Positions 27,160 through 38,178 of a stretch of 64,000 nucleotides of DNA are shown here, in pieces. The position numbers and the translations under genes are program-made. Origin of the DNA: a virus; the IMG/VR virus record IMGVR_UViG_3300030329_006034, positions 29,793 through 93,792 of that record; one strand, 5' to 3'. Each line of letters opens with the position of its first letter. The first letter of the stretch is position 1. The notes under the pieces are model-generated. The model saw only the letters and a program-made list of their open reading frames with translations. It was not told where the DNA came from and ran no database searches.

Positions 27160-29100
27160 CTAGTTATTCAAAATACTATCTAGTACATTCCGTTGAAGGT
27201 TATAAAGGCTATCAAAAACTCGCGATACAACGTTGTAGTTTATTTCTTCATTTTCATGAAATTCAAAATCTCTGAAATCAACGTCAATATTAGGGTATGA
27301 AGTATATCTAGCAAGAACCGGAACACCCTCAATAGTTGTACCGGTAATTACTAAAGCTAAATTTACATAAATTTTTAAAGTGTCCTTTAATATTGATTCA
27401 ATTTCACTATTAAGAGAAATACCTAAACTAGATTCACATCCTAACTCTCTATCATATGTATTTGCTAAATCTAGAGGTAAAACATTATCATAAATTAATT
27501 TAGTAGTTCTTGTCAAATATATACGGCCTGTGTTTTGAAAAAGAGAAAAGATATTTCCATTATTTTCCTCCATTATAAAGTTAATAAAGTTCGGCCGGTT
27601 AGACGGTAGATTGTTACTATTCCATGCTAATCTACTATTCCAAAATTTTTCTAGTGTAGATACCCAGTACGAATTTGGTAAAAATTGTAAGTTACTTGCA
27701 CTAAAAAACCCTGCAGGGTATTGTGGGTTACTTATAAATCTTGTAGTAGCGGTATTTAAATCCCTAAGTATAAACATGTTAGAGTCGTCTTTAGAAAATG
27801 TAATTAAATTAGTAGACGAAGTATCTATTCTTGTTGTTGCCTGTCTCAGAGCTCGTGATTGATATCTTGTAACTCTATTCGGCTGTTGATTTAACCCGAG
27901 TCTATAATCTTCAACCAAGTCCGCATCTACATGATATACATTGTAATAAGTATTCATATCACGCGCCGGAACTGGTCCAGGGTCAGTAATCACTAAGATA
28001 GAATCATCAGTATCTCTTATGTCAAAATCTAATATAATTTCGCTAGGGTCTTGAGTGGTAATAGTTCCAAAAAATTTATTTGAATATTTATTTGTAAGCT
28101 CAACAGCTAATTTATTTTCAGCTCCAAAAGACCTTACAACTAGAGCGCCTTTAAGATTATTACCTATTTTAAAGTTCCCGTTTATAACTTCCTTCGGTTG
28201 TACGACACCTGTTCTTGGATTAATTTCACGGAAAGTAAATATATCCTTAACCTTCCACTCACCACATGTATTATAAAAACTAAAATCGTACCCTATTAAC
28301 CTATCATACACTTTGTTATCATCCGGATTTACCCATTTACCTAAATTAAATAAAGTATCGGTATTGTTATCATACGTTAAAGTAGTATTACCGGCGATAG
28401 TATCTGTTTCGTCACCTCTTAAAGTAAATAAACTATTTCTAAGAAAGCTCCCTGAAAAAGACTTCGTTGCAGTATCAGTGATTATAAAATAGTTAAATGT
28501 TTGGTTTTTGTTAACTATTAAAGTGGTGCTAATTGCATCATCTAAACTTTCTATACCATCTAGAACATCTGGGATATCGTTCACCTCCACCCTAACGCCG
28601 TCTGAATTAACCCTAATGGTATTAAAAGGCAGAGCGTTAAAAGACTCGGCATTAGATTTAGCTAAGCTTACATTTGGATTTTTAGATTCAGCTAAACTGG
28701 ACAATGCTAGAACATAAGAAGCTGCATCTTCACTGGTAGACTGGAAGTTAAATATTTCGGGGTTAGACAATATATTAAGATCATACAAGTTTAAATTATT
28801 GTCGTTTAAAATATCTAAATTCTTATTAAGAAACGACTGGTCAATAATATCCTTTGGCGATATATGCGGCTTTGTAAGCACCTTATCTGCTTGTACTAAA
28901 CTAAATGTACGATCAAATTCTTTTTTCGCTAGAAATGAATTAGCTATAAAAGTACCTTTAGTACTTAGCGGTTGTGATAGAGAAGTAAGAGACTTTCCAG
29001 TAAAAGCCCGTCCATCGTCTGTAACGTTAAAAAGACCTTTGTAGTCTGTACCGCTTAAAGTAAACGACTCTCCCGAAGTATATTTAAAATATGATATCAT
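27160..29100 (-). CDS. Putative baseplate/virion structural protein
   Basis: 646 aa, beta-rich, in the tail operon. Confidence 0.6.
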   Translation of the reverse strand: MISYFKYTSGESFTLSGTDYKGLFNVTDDGRAFTGKSLTSLSQPLSTKGTFIANSFLAKKEFDRTFSLVQADKVLTKPHISPKDIIDQSFLNKNLDILNDNNLNLYDLNILSNPEIFNFQSTSEDAASYVLALSSLAESKNPNVSLAKSNAESFNALPFNTIRVNSDGVRVEVNDIPDVLDGIESLDDAISTTLIVNKNQTFNYFIITDTATKSFSGSFLRNSLFTLRGDETDTIAGNTTLTYDNNTDTLFNLGKWVNPDDNKVYDRLIGYDFSFYNTCGEWKVKDIFTFREINPRTGVVQPKEVINGNFKIGNNLKGALVVRSFGAENKLAVELTNKYSNKFFGTITTQDPSEIILDFDIRDTDDSILVITDPGPVPARDMNTYYNVYHVDADLVEDYRLGLNQQPNRVTRYQSRALRQATTRIDTSSTNLITFSKDDSNMFILRDLNTATTRFISNPQYPAGFFSASNLQFLPNSYWVSTLEKFWNSRLAWNSNNLPSNRPNFINFIMEENNGNIFSLFQNTGRIYLTRTTKLIYDNVLPLDLANTYDRELGCESSLGISLNSEIESILKDTLKIYVNLALVITGTTIEGVPVLARYTSYPNIDVDFRDFEFHENEEINYNVVSRVFDSLYNLQRNVLDSILNN

Positions 29101-31484
29101 TTATAGTTTATAAAGTTAACGTCGTTAATAGTTGTGGTTTCAGGTAGTGATGAAGTAATGTTATTTAAAAGCAAGGTTCTCACTTCCTCTGTAATACCAC
29201 TATCCTGAATATTTAAATTCTTTACATTAATATCCACTACATTACTCCTATGCTTTAAATTAGTTCCTATTGAATTAACTGTTGCAATAGTATCTGTTAA
29301 ATTACGCTGACCGCAAGGCAGGGATATAGTAATATCCTGTATTTCGTTTAAATTCTGTGTGAATACGCCAGATATTTCTTCTTCTTCACTTAGCGGTGAT
29401 AATGTGAGATATATATCATCAATATATAAATTAGGATCTGGGTTCGGGTTAAGCAATCTTTCTGCAACACCGTCGGAGCCTACTATTTCGATTATGCCAA
29501 ATAAAATCATTTTATTTAACATCTGGTAAGCCTTTACATTAAAAGAAAACACAACCTCAGAATTTACATATAATGTACATTCTCCTCGGATACCATCAAA
29601 TGATAAAAATACTGTATTATTAACAAATTGATTTAACGGTATATTTTTACTAAAGGATACTAGAACCGGTGGTTCGGGTGAATTATCAAAAATATTAAAT
29701 GAAAAGCTTAAATCACCGTTACTCTTCTTAATAAGTTGAAATCCTCCGTTAATATCATTTCTTTTCGATCTTATAGTAAATGCGCTTGAATTGCTTTTTA
29801 TATTAAACCCTAAAGCAAATCCGCCATTATCATTTATTACTCTAAAGTAATTGTTGACGCGATCTGTTAATTCAGCGCCTTCACAAAAGTTAACTGGTCT
29901 CCTTTTTTCTAATTCATCCTTATCTAATCGCTCGTACCGATATCGTGTATTTGGCTCAAACACCAAATCGCTTTTCTTATCAAATATGTATTTTTTTTCT
30001 ACTGAAGTTTTTAAGGTACTATTATTTTGGATAAGTTCCTCTACCAATAAATCGTACGTAATATTAAATGAACCGTTAGTTGACAGAGCTTCTTCTTTTG
30101 ATGTTAGGTCAGGGTAAAAATACCTATCAACCCAAACCCCTCGTTCGCCTAATCCACCGGAGAGCCATGTGCACAGATACGTAGCGTCTAGATCTTTAAC
30201 CCCGTCTTCATCGTCCAGGTGATAAACTCTGTCAGATAAAAAGGGTTGCGTAAAGCAAAACGCTCCCGAATCCACAAACTTAGTATCATTAATATTAATT
30301 TGTGTAAACGGATTTAAGGACGACGGGGTTTGGAAAATTGTACTACCCGGTTTTATTTTTACATTAAAGTTGTTGTAGACGTAATTTAATGCCAATACTT
30401 CATTTTTTTCACTATCTATATCAGAAAAGATACTAGTGTATTTTCTTAAACCTTCAACGTATAACGGGTTAGTGTCACTAGAAGATAATAAATTATTAGA
30501 CGAAACATACTCATCGTAATTATTGGCAATATTTTTTAAATTAAGTATATCGAATTTTGGCTTTGTTGAATTTGACGAAGAGTGTAATAGGTAGTTGGAT
30601 GGTAGATTAAAGTTGCTCTTATCCGTATCTACCTTATTACCGGCTTTGTTATAAGTAACAAAAGAGGTATTATAGGGTGAAGGTATAGTAAGATCAATTT
30701 CCCCTCCAAGTTTAATAGCTTTACCTGGAAGCCAAAGGGCGTCTACTTTTTCGGTCGGAGCGATTCTTTCAGCTATTAACGTCTGCCCGTCGCTTACAAG
30801 TATGTATTTGCCCGATTCTGAATCTTTGTCCTCCGGAAATAGGAACTTTTGTGAAAATAGACATATAAAATCTGATGTAGTATCTACCCCGCTTTTAATA
30901 ATTGAGTATTCTAAATTTGCGGCGGATAATGGAATTTTGTTTTCCCCTGCAAAAATAACTTTTTTCTGCAGATCCACTCGTCGCCCTTGGCCTATATTTT
31001 CGTCACTAACTATAAGATAGTAGCGAAAGTTATTAACAAGAAATGCAACTCTACATGTAAAAGTATCTATTAGTTGTATCTCTATGTTATCAGCGTCAGC
31101 AATATTGGTTGTAATACCTGGATACCCGTAATAGCCGGCCTCATATGTATTTCCAACCTCTCTAAAATTAGACGCATCAGCTATATTGAAGTTTAGATAC
31201 CCCGGCGCATCTGCTGCAAAGTTTAGTGTAGAAAATATTTTTTCCGGAATTACACGGCCACCTGTAAATGTTGTTACGTTATCAAGCTTATATTCATTTG
31301 AGAGATAAAAATTTGTAAAATTTAAATTTTTAAAGCTTTGCGTCCCGGATAGAGCTGTAATAAAATTAAATCTATATCCACCTGGATATGTCCTATAAAA
31401 TTGATCTAAATCCAGATCTACAGGACATATTTCTGCTGTTTCTGATTTTAAAGCGCTTAAGCCAGCTTGTACCAATGCTCCCAT
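29097..31484 (-). CDS. Putative baseplate protein with C-terminal LamG-like domain
   Basis: VFLSFDG...TLYVNSE; TATAAATA upstream. Confidence 0.6.
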   Translation of the reverse strand: MGALVQAGLSALKSETAEICPVDLDLDQFYRTYPGGYRFNFITALSGTQSFKNLNFTNFYLSNEYKLDNVTTFTGGRVIPEKIFSTLNFAADAPGYLNFNIADASNFREVGNTYEAGYYGYPGITTNIADADNIEIQLIDTFTCRVAFLVNNFRYYLIVSDENIGQGRRVDLQKKVIFAGENKIPLSAANLEYSIIKSGVDTTSDFICLFSQKFLFPEDKDSESGKYILVSDGQTLIAERIAPTEKVDALWLPGKAIKLGGEIDLTIPSPYNTSFVTYNKAGNKVDTDKSNFNLPSNYLLHSSSNSTKPKFDILNLKNIANNYDEYVSSNNLLSSSDTNPLYVEGLRKYTSIFSDIDSEKNEVLALNYVYNNFNVKIKPGSTIFQTPSSLNPFTQININDTKFVDSGAFCFTQPFLSDRVYHLDDEDGVKDLDATYLCTWLSGGLGERGVWVDRYFYPDLTSKEEALSTNGSFNITYDLLVEELIQNNSTLKTSVEKKYIFDKKSDLVFEPNTRYRYERLDKDELEKRRPVNFCEGAELTDRVNNYFRVINDNGGFALGFNIKSNSSAFTIRSKRNDINGGFQLIKKSNGDLSFSFNIFDNSPEPPVLVSFSKNIPLNQFVNNTVFLSFDGIRGECTLYVNSEVVFSFNVKAYQMLNKMILFGIIEIVGSDGVAERLLNPNPDPNLYIDDIYLTLSPLSEEEEISGVFTQNLNEIQDITISLPCGQRNLTDTIATVNSIGTNLKHRSNVVDINVKNLNIQDSGITEEVRTLLLNNITSSLPETTTINDVNFINYK

Positions 31485-31504
31485 TGTATATATTTATACT
31501 GCAG

Positions 31505-32986
31505 TTAGCTTAAGCGAACTGTTGATAGTTTATATCCCCATGTATTTCCTACCGCTTCCATTCCTGCACTTATGTCTGCCTGTATATCAGAGTTCCCGAA
31601 ATTTCTTGCTTTGCCAACATAACCATTACTTGAACTCCTCTGTAATATACCTAAAAGTAACAATTCTTCAAAATATGTTATAAAAATCGGACCACCGCTG
31701 TCGCCGCTACTTACCCCGGATAAGCTTAAATTATAAGTCGACAGCGCCGGTGAAACATTAGTTAGTTTAAAATCTGGTAGACCTGGGGGCCCTATATTTA
31801 ATGTAATAATAGAGTTGTAACTATTAATTATTGTGTTATCACTATTCCTAGATAAGGATAATCGATTAATAAAGTCTGTTGAACCATACCCTGCAAAATG
31901 ATCACTATCAAACATTTTACTTCCACCGTTATACACTACAGGGTAGTTGTCAGCCGGTACCTCGTTTGCAAAATGCGGAACCTTGTATAATTTAATATTA
32001 GCAGCTGATCCTGTAGATGCAGTAGCAGTGACTAAATCACGATTAAAACTGACAACTCTTAAATCATTTCCTATGTTAGCTGCCGCGGAAATAGTAGCAG
32101 ATACAGAATTACCGGTAGTGTGGTCATAAAAATACGCTGTATCACCAGCCTTTGGATCGTCGTTAAAATGGTCTACACTTATTCCGTGTCTAGGTGTAAT
32201 TAAAGTTATATTATTGTTATCTCCAAATCCTGTTGCTTTGTAGCTTGTTCCGGAAAAATCATAAACAGATCTATTAGCATATCCCCAAAAACTAGATTTC
32301 CATGTCGCGGATTCGTCAGTTATACTCTCTATAAACTTAAATTTATCTTCCGCTCCAGCAGGGTCAGCAACAGCAGATAAAAGTGATTGTGTTTCGTTTA
32401 TACTCTGGTTGGATGTGTCGCTGTATGAAGACAAGGTATTAATTGAACCTATTGTATCGTATTGTATAGTATCATTGCTGTGATTCTGGATTACAAAATT
32501 ATCTTGCTTGGTTAAAAATGTAAAAATAGACTTATTGTCCTTATTGTTTAATAAACTTACATTTAATAATTCAATATCGTTTATATTTTCATAATAACCT
32601 TCTGTCCGAACGTTTAGAGGAATAATAAACTTATACGTTTCACCTGTAATGTAGCCTACGTTTACTCTCATTGTTAGTGCCTTTTTAAGAGCAGTGTCAG
32701 AGGGGTAAAATATATGAGGGTATTGGTTGTTTAAAAATACAGGGGAAGCCCCATCTCTAACTTCAGGGTATATAGAGTCTGTTTTGTAATTTCTATATAT
32801 TGTAATGTCTGGTTCTTCGATCCCGCTATCATCACCCCAGTTAATAGCTAAGTAGTTTGGAAATACGCCAGAATAAACTTGTGATAAATCTAAAGATAAT
32901 TTAGTTAAATCGAACAGTTCAACGGTTGGCAGTTCCTGAGTACCAGTTACAGAAGTTGAAGTAAGATATACGGTATAAGTGTTCAT
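31505..32986 (-). CDS. Virion protein: PKD-like N-terminus + trypsin-like serine protease
   Basis: INWGD; TLITPRHGISVDH, NDLRV, SGDSGGP. Confidence 0.8.
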   Translation of the reverse strand: MNTYTVYLTSTSVTGTQELPTVELFDLTKLSLDLSQVYSGVFPNYLAINWGDDSGIEEPDITIYRNYKTDSIYPEVRDGASPVFLNNQYPHIFYPSDTALKKALTMRVNVGYITGETYKFIIPLNVRTEGYYENINDIELLNVSLLNNKDNKSIFTFLTKQDNFVIQNHSNDTIQYDTIGSINTLSSYSDTSNQSINETQSLLSAVADPAGAEDKFKFIESITDESATWKSSFWGYANRSVYDFSGTSYKATGFGDNNNITLITPRHGISVDHFNDDPKAGDTAYFYDHTTGNSVSATISAAANIGNDLRVVSFNRDLVTATASTGSAANIKLYKVPHFANEVPADNYPVVYNGGSKMFDSDHFAGYGSTDFINRLSLSRNSDNTIINSYNSIITLNIGPPGLPDFKLTNVSPALSTYNLSLSGVSSGDSGGPIFITYFEELLLLGILQRSSSNGYVGKARNFGNSDIQADISAGMEAVGNTWGYKLSTVRLS

Positions 32987-35826
32987 AGTATTATAGAAGC
33001 AGCAGATGGTGGAAAAGAAATGGATAAGGTTGGTATACCAGAACTTAGTGCAAATTCCAAAAAGCTAAGATCCATTTCCGGGGTACCCCACCCAGATGTT
33101 TTAATAAAGTTAAAGGTTTGAGATGTATCGTTAGCGATATAATATTCAGTATTTATAAATTTAACTTTGTTCTTATATTCAAAAATATAAGAATATAATC
33201 TCGGGGCTTTGTTTTGATCTTTAAGTATAAAACTTAAATTAAACAGTTCGTTATCACTACTGTATGTTAATACCGGTTTGCTTGATTCTAATATAACAAC
33301 ATCATTTTTCATGCTATTAAAATACAGAGCGTCATAAGCTACAGGCGTTTCAGCAGTTGGATAAATTTGTTCTACTTTTTTTGTCGTATAGTTAAATTTA
33401 TAAATTTCTGGGTATACGCTAAAATCTTTAAACACTGTGTTTGCATTTATGACCCCTGTATGAACTAGCTTAGCATAATAAACATCCTCACCTACCTTAA
33501 ATCTATTACTAATTTTATCAAAATTATTAGTATTGGTAGATAACACGTTTGAAATTGACCCATAGTTGTCAAATTCATAAGTTTTAATATTATAATCTAT
33601 GTTTTCAACCACTAAGAATGAACTAGTCTCAATAAACAAGGTGTTGTAAAATAAATCAAAATTCTTTACACATGTCGATAGCTCGTGTTTAATGGTCGAT
33701 GAATACTTTGTATCTAAGTATGTTAGTGTCTCGGTAAGTTCCTTTACATTAGGCCAATTAGAAGGTTTGTTTATATTTTTAACGTATATTTTACCACAAT
33801 TAACTTGCTTGGAAAAGAAGCTTTCTGCTGCAGATACGACATCTGTTACTACTGTTTGTCTTAAAGTTTCATCGACATAATCTGTCGACTCAAAGCCACG
33901 TGGTCTGTAATCAAAAGTAAGATCATCAAAAAATAACCCAGCTTCCATGTTAGTAACATTGTTATCACCTGAAGCCACCACATTATAAGTAAAATCACCG
34001 GTTGCTGTTGGGTGTAGCGTATCGCAAAGAGCTCTCACAATAGTCGACTTATCATCATAATAGGATATACCTGCTTCTAATAAGTCAGAAAAGAAAAACT
34101 CTCCGGTCGAGGTAGAATACGAACTTAAATTAGTACTTACAGCGTCATCAAGTATTTGTTCGTCAGAGAATTTAAAAAAGGCACCTTCCTTTACATTAGC
34201 GTCAATAGTACCTACCTGTTCTATATCTACTGCTGAGAAAGTTGGTATGGGCATTAAAGGCTGGTCGTCGTAATATCTACCAAATATATCATAACCAGAA
34301 GCTTGTTCTGCAACTGTTCCAGCTGTAAAGCCCTGAGTGTAAGACGTAATGCCCGATCTCCGTGTTTCGGAGTATGTTGCTGTATCTGTAGTATCGTAAT
34401 TAAAGCTAAATCCCTCACCATACAATGTATCATAAAATTGATAACCGTTTAGAATTAAACTTTTAATTACTTTTCTATCTGCTACCTTAAAATTATTTCT
34501 ATAGTAATTTTGATCCTTAAGTAAGCCAAAAACATTACCATTTAAATCTTTTTTACTGTCGTGTATATACCCTTGGTTGAATAAAAAGGATAAGTCAGAG
34601 TTAATATTTTTACCCGTAGGTAACTCCGAATTATATCCCATCAGGGATGTGCTGTTTTTATCCGTATTAGGTTGATTTACAGCAGCCCCCTTACTTTGAT
34701 TGCTTATTGATCTAGACGTATCAATAATAAATGTAAAAATTTCATCATTGTTTGTAAACAGATTAGGATCCGGAAAAATATAAAGTTTATTAGTACCATA
34801 AAACGACTTACTAAAGAAACTTAGTCGTTCACTTTCAATAGAAACTATACTCGCGTTGGTGGGTTTAAAAAATCCTTGATCCCTTACGCTTTTTATTTCA
34901 TTAGAAAATACTGAAGCTACAGAAGGGTAGTTTGTGTTTAAGAAATTAGCATAGGGGGCGTCTGCTTCAAATAACGTCCCTATTTCAAACGCACCAACAT
35001 TATTTGAAGACAGGTAATAATAGTCGGCGCCTATAAATTTTTCTGTTTGCGATCTTTTATTTTCAAATAACTGATCAACTTCTTTTAGCTCTTTTATAAC
35101 ACTATCAATCCCAAAAAATACTTCCTCGACTAACACTGTATCATTAGTTAAAAATATATTACTCGATGGTGCACCTTCGGGGTTATACTCTCTATAATTT
35201 TCACCGTATACTTTATCATTAGGTTCAGCATTAAAATATTGAGTGTATTGGTCTACAAATTCAGTTAACGAGACAGTAACATTTTCTTTTATAGTATCTA
35301 TGTTATAATCTTGTGCAGCGGTACTTCTATTAGCTAAAAAATCTGTAATAAGATTATAAGCATTTTGCTTGAAACCAAAATTGCTTCCTTTAAGCTTTGC
35401 TTTAGTTGTTGAAAAATGTAGCTTATCTCTCTTTACTTGATAGTAAGAAATAATGCTTCTAATTTTTCTACTATAAAAAGATATTGCTATTTGCAAATCA
35501 TACTTATCTGCAAAGTCAATTTGCGAAAGAAATTTTTTCTCAGCATTTGTTGTATAATTAAGGGTAATATCTCTTAAAAACTCTCTATATCTTTCTATAA
35601 TAATTTCTTTATCTGAAGCTTCCTTAGAAGTTTTTTTAATATTATATCTCCTAATATATTCATTATAGAAATTCTGTAAATCAGCGGGGTCGTAAGACTC
35701 GCGAACATTTTCCATAAATTCAAGAAAAGTAAACGGTCTATTTCTATCTAGAGCGTTTTCTCTCCTTACGTTTGGATTGGTTACAGATAAATTAACCTCA
35801 GGATACCCTTGAATTACTTCTTCCAT
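32983..35826 (-). CDS. Large putative baseplate structural protein
   Basis: 947 aa in the baseplate cluster; TAAATA-N6-ATG. Confidence 0.6.
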   Translation of the reverse strand: MEEVIQGYPEVNLSVTNPNVRRENALDRNRPFTFLEFMENVRESYDPADLQNFYNEYIRRYNIKKTSKEASDKEIIIERYREFLRDITLNYTTNAEKKFLSQIDFADKYDLQIAISFYSRKIRSIISYYQVKRDKLHFSTTKAKLKGSNFGFKQNAYNLITDFLANRSTAAQDYNIDTIKENVTVSLTEFVDQYTQYFNAEPNDKVYGENYREYNPEGAPSSNIFLTNDTVLVEEVFFGIDSVIKELKEVDQLFENKRSQTEKFIGADYYYLSSNNVGAFEIGTLFEADAPYANFLNTNYPSVASVFSNEIKSVRDQGFFKPTNASIVSIESERLSFFSKSFYGTNKLYIFPDPNLFTNNDEIFTFIIDTSRSISNQSKGAAVNQPNTDKNSTSLMGYNSELPTGKNINSDLSFLFNQGYIHDSKKDLNGNVFGLLKDQNYYRNNFKVADRKVIKSLILNGYQFYDTLYGEGFSFNYDTTDTATYSETRRSGITSYTQGFTAGTVAEQASGYDIFGRYYDDQPLMPIPTFSAVDIEQVGTIDANVKEGAFFKFSDEQILDDAVSTNLSSYSTSTGEFFFSDLLEAGISYYDDKSTIVRALCDTLHPTATGDFTYNVVASGDNNVTNMEAGLFFDDLTFDYRPRGFESTDYVDETLRQTVVTDVVSAAESFFSKQVNCGKIYVKNINKPSNWPNVKELTETLTYLDTKYSSTIKHELSTCVKNFDLFYNTLFIETSSFLVVENIDYNIKTYEFDNYGSISNVLSTNTNNFDKISNRFKVGEDVYYAKLVHTGVINANTVFKDFSVYPEIYKFNYTTKKVEQIYPTAETPVAYDALYFNSMKNDVVILESSKPVLTYSSDNELFNLSFILKDQNKAPRLYSYIFEYKNKVKFINTEYYIANDTSQTFNFIKTSGWGTPEMDLSFLEFALSSGIPTLSISFPPSAASIIL

Positions 35827-35835
35827 TAAACATAT

Positions 35836-38178
35836 TTATCCTTCAAATAGAGATAGACTACTAAATAATGAGTTCCTAATCATTATGTCGAATATATTAT
35901 CATCACCCTCTAGGCCTGTAATCCCTGTATTATAAGTTAACTCATTCGCCCCGCGGCTGTGTGTAGGTTCCCCAGTAAGCCACCCCCCAGCTCCATCCGG
36001 GTATGCGGTATCTAAAATGCCAGTCTGTGGGTTTGACCAATCAATAACCCCGTTTAGAATTTCTCCGCTATCGCCAGGTGTATATTGATAAAATGTGTAA
36101 AATTGTTCAATACCAGTCCCTGTAGTACCGGGAGGTAGTACTAATGGCCATCCCCAGTTATCATTATATGAACTTAAACTATATGTGGATATAATTGGTG
36201 ACCCGGTAAAAAACCTACTCCAGCTATCTCGCTCTACAACCTCAGCCGTCAGTAATGGTTGATAGGTATTAAGCTGGGTGTATACTCCGCTGAATTTTTC
36301 ATAAGCTACTATGTCTATGTTGCTAGATATTAGATAGGTTGCAACAGATATTTCGTCTCCTAAATTTGTACCGTATATTTCTTTTGATGTTCTGTTTCTA
36401 GTATCGAAATTTTGGCTAAATGCATTTTTATATCCTCTAAACTTATTATACTGTATGCTTAGCAAGTTTATTAATCTTTTTATTTCTTCTGGGTAAGTAC
36501 TATTATAGATTAAAGTTTCGTTGTCTACTAACTTGCTCATTCCGTCAAGAGCTGTAACATGGCAGACGTCAATATCAGAGGTATTTTGTACAAAGTTGAT
36601 TATACTTTCGTATAATTTCTTACCCAACCCGGTATTATTACTACTAACACCACCAAAAATTGACCCTATAAAATCTGTAAAAAATATGTCCTTATCAAAA
36701 AGTATCTCTTGAAATCTAAGATCCTTTATCATTTGTTCAAAGTCAAAATCTTCATTAACCTTATATAAAGAATAATAATCTTTAGGATACAAACTAAAAT
36801 TAGTCCCGCCTGTTAGAGTGAATTCTGTTGTTACCGCATCATTGGACACGTACGCGTAAGCGTTTCTAGCACTCAATTGTACATTCATTACAACAGCGCT
36901 TGAAGCAGCAATTAAACTATCATCATACTTAAGTACGCCTCTATACCAAAAATCAGTTCCAATAGAAGATAGGGTGTTGTTTAAATTTGTAATAGTATAA
37001 TTGTCTGTGCTTATATGAACGCCGTTTGCGCATCCGTTACTACCAGACTGGGGTATTAAGTATGATGTTCTACAAACCAGGGCAAATTCAGGATCACCCG
37101 CAGAAAGAGCATTTGATGTAAATGAGTTTTCATTTTTAGGTTTAATAATAAAAGGGATATTGGTATTTTTATATTGTATGGGACTAAGCTTGAAAGAGTT
37201 AATTTCATCTCCCTCATTATCTAGCCCATTTGAAGAGATGGAAATATCTCCTGAGGATAAAGAATTAACATTAGACGGCCCGACTATAGCGGAAAGACTG
37301 ACGGTAAAATTATTTAGAAAGTTGTGATTAGAATACCCGCTGGTTCCTCTAGAGTAAATATTATTCCTGTCTTTATAAAAAGATAGATATACAGGCGTCG
37401 TGGAGAGGGTTTGTTCCTGTGTTTTAAAGTACACTACCTTTGTTCCAGATTGACCTGCTACAATAGATGACGGCGTGTTGGTTGTAGATGTGACTAGCTC
37501 TGTTCCGCTAAGCCTAACATATAGATTTTCTGAAGATAGAGGTATCTTAGTTAATTCAATATATTGAAACCCGGTTAAATTTGGCAAAAATTGCTTTTCA
37601 TAAAAAGAAAAGTAATCACGTAACTGGTTATATTTATTATCATCTAAATTAAAATAGTTAGGACAATCAGTTCCAGAAACTGAAAAGTAAATATCTTGAA
37701 AATCTTGGTAAAAAGGTGTTTGTGAGTTTATAGTTAACGGTGTAGAATATTCACCTGCTGATAGGGCGAATTTATAATAGGGTTGAAGATCTAAGCAAGT
37801 AACTACAAACGTATTTGTTATATAATCTTCTATTTGGATATCTTTGCTATCAGAAGCGAGAATAGCGTTGTTATTGCAGTCCCTTAGCACCATTCTAACA
37901 GTATAAACTCCGGGAAATTCAAAATTATGAGCTGCGCTTAATATATTGTTTCCAGATATATCGTTGCCAAGAGATGTTGCGTGTTCAATAGTCCCATCAC
38001 CGTAATCAAATGTTACTTCGGTATTATTAAGAGCTAATGATACGTCACCGGTTTGCGTAGGAACATTCGCGAAAAAAGTAAGCGGCGTTATCGATAGATT
38101 ATAGGAGGATAGTGCATAATCCCCCTTATAGTCAATAGCGCTAATAGTAGCATAATTTGTTCTTGCGTTACTCATCAA
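35836..38178 (-). CDS. Baseplate wedge-like protein (gp7 position) with PKD/Ig domain
   Basis: FDYGDGT...HNFEFPGVYTVRM; follows gp6. Confidence 0.6.
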   Translation of the reverse strand: MMSNARTNYATISAIDYKGDYALSSYNLSITPLTFFANVPTQTGDVSLALNNTEVTFDYGDGTIEHATSLGNDISGNNILSAAHNFEFPGVYTVRMVLRDCNNNAILASDSKDIQIEDYITNTFVVTCLDLQPYYKFALSAGEYSTPLTINSQTPFYQDFQDIYFSVSGTDCPNYFNLDDNKYNQLRDYFSFYEKQFLPNLTGFQYIELTKIPLSSENLYVRLSGTELVTSTTNTPSSIVAGQSGTKVVYFKTQEQTLSTTPVYLSFYKDRNNIYSRGTSGYSNHNFLNNFTVSLSAIVGPSNVNSLSSGDISISSNGLDNEGDEINSFKLSPIQYKNTNIPFIIKPKNENSFTSNALSAGDPEFALVCRTSYLIPQSGSNGCANGVHISTDNYTITNLNNTLSSIGTDFWYRGVLKYDDSLIAASSAVVMNVQLSARNAYAYVSNDAVTTEFTLTGGTNFSLYPKDYYSLYKVNEDFDFEQMIKDLRFQEILFDKDIFFTDFIGSIFGGVSSNNTGLGKKLYESIINFVQNTSDIDVCHVTALDGMSKLVDNETLIYNSTYPEEIKRLINLLSIQYNKFRGYKNAFSQNFDTRNRTSKEIYGTNLGDEISVATYLISSNIDIVAYEKFSGVYTQLNTYQPLLTAEVVERDSWSRFFTGSPIISTYSLSSYNDNWGWPLVLPPGTTGTGIEQFYTFYQYTPGDSGEILNGVIDWSNPQTGILDTAYPDGAGGWLTGEPTHSRGANELTYNTGITGLEGDDNIFDIMIRNSLFSSLSLFEG

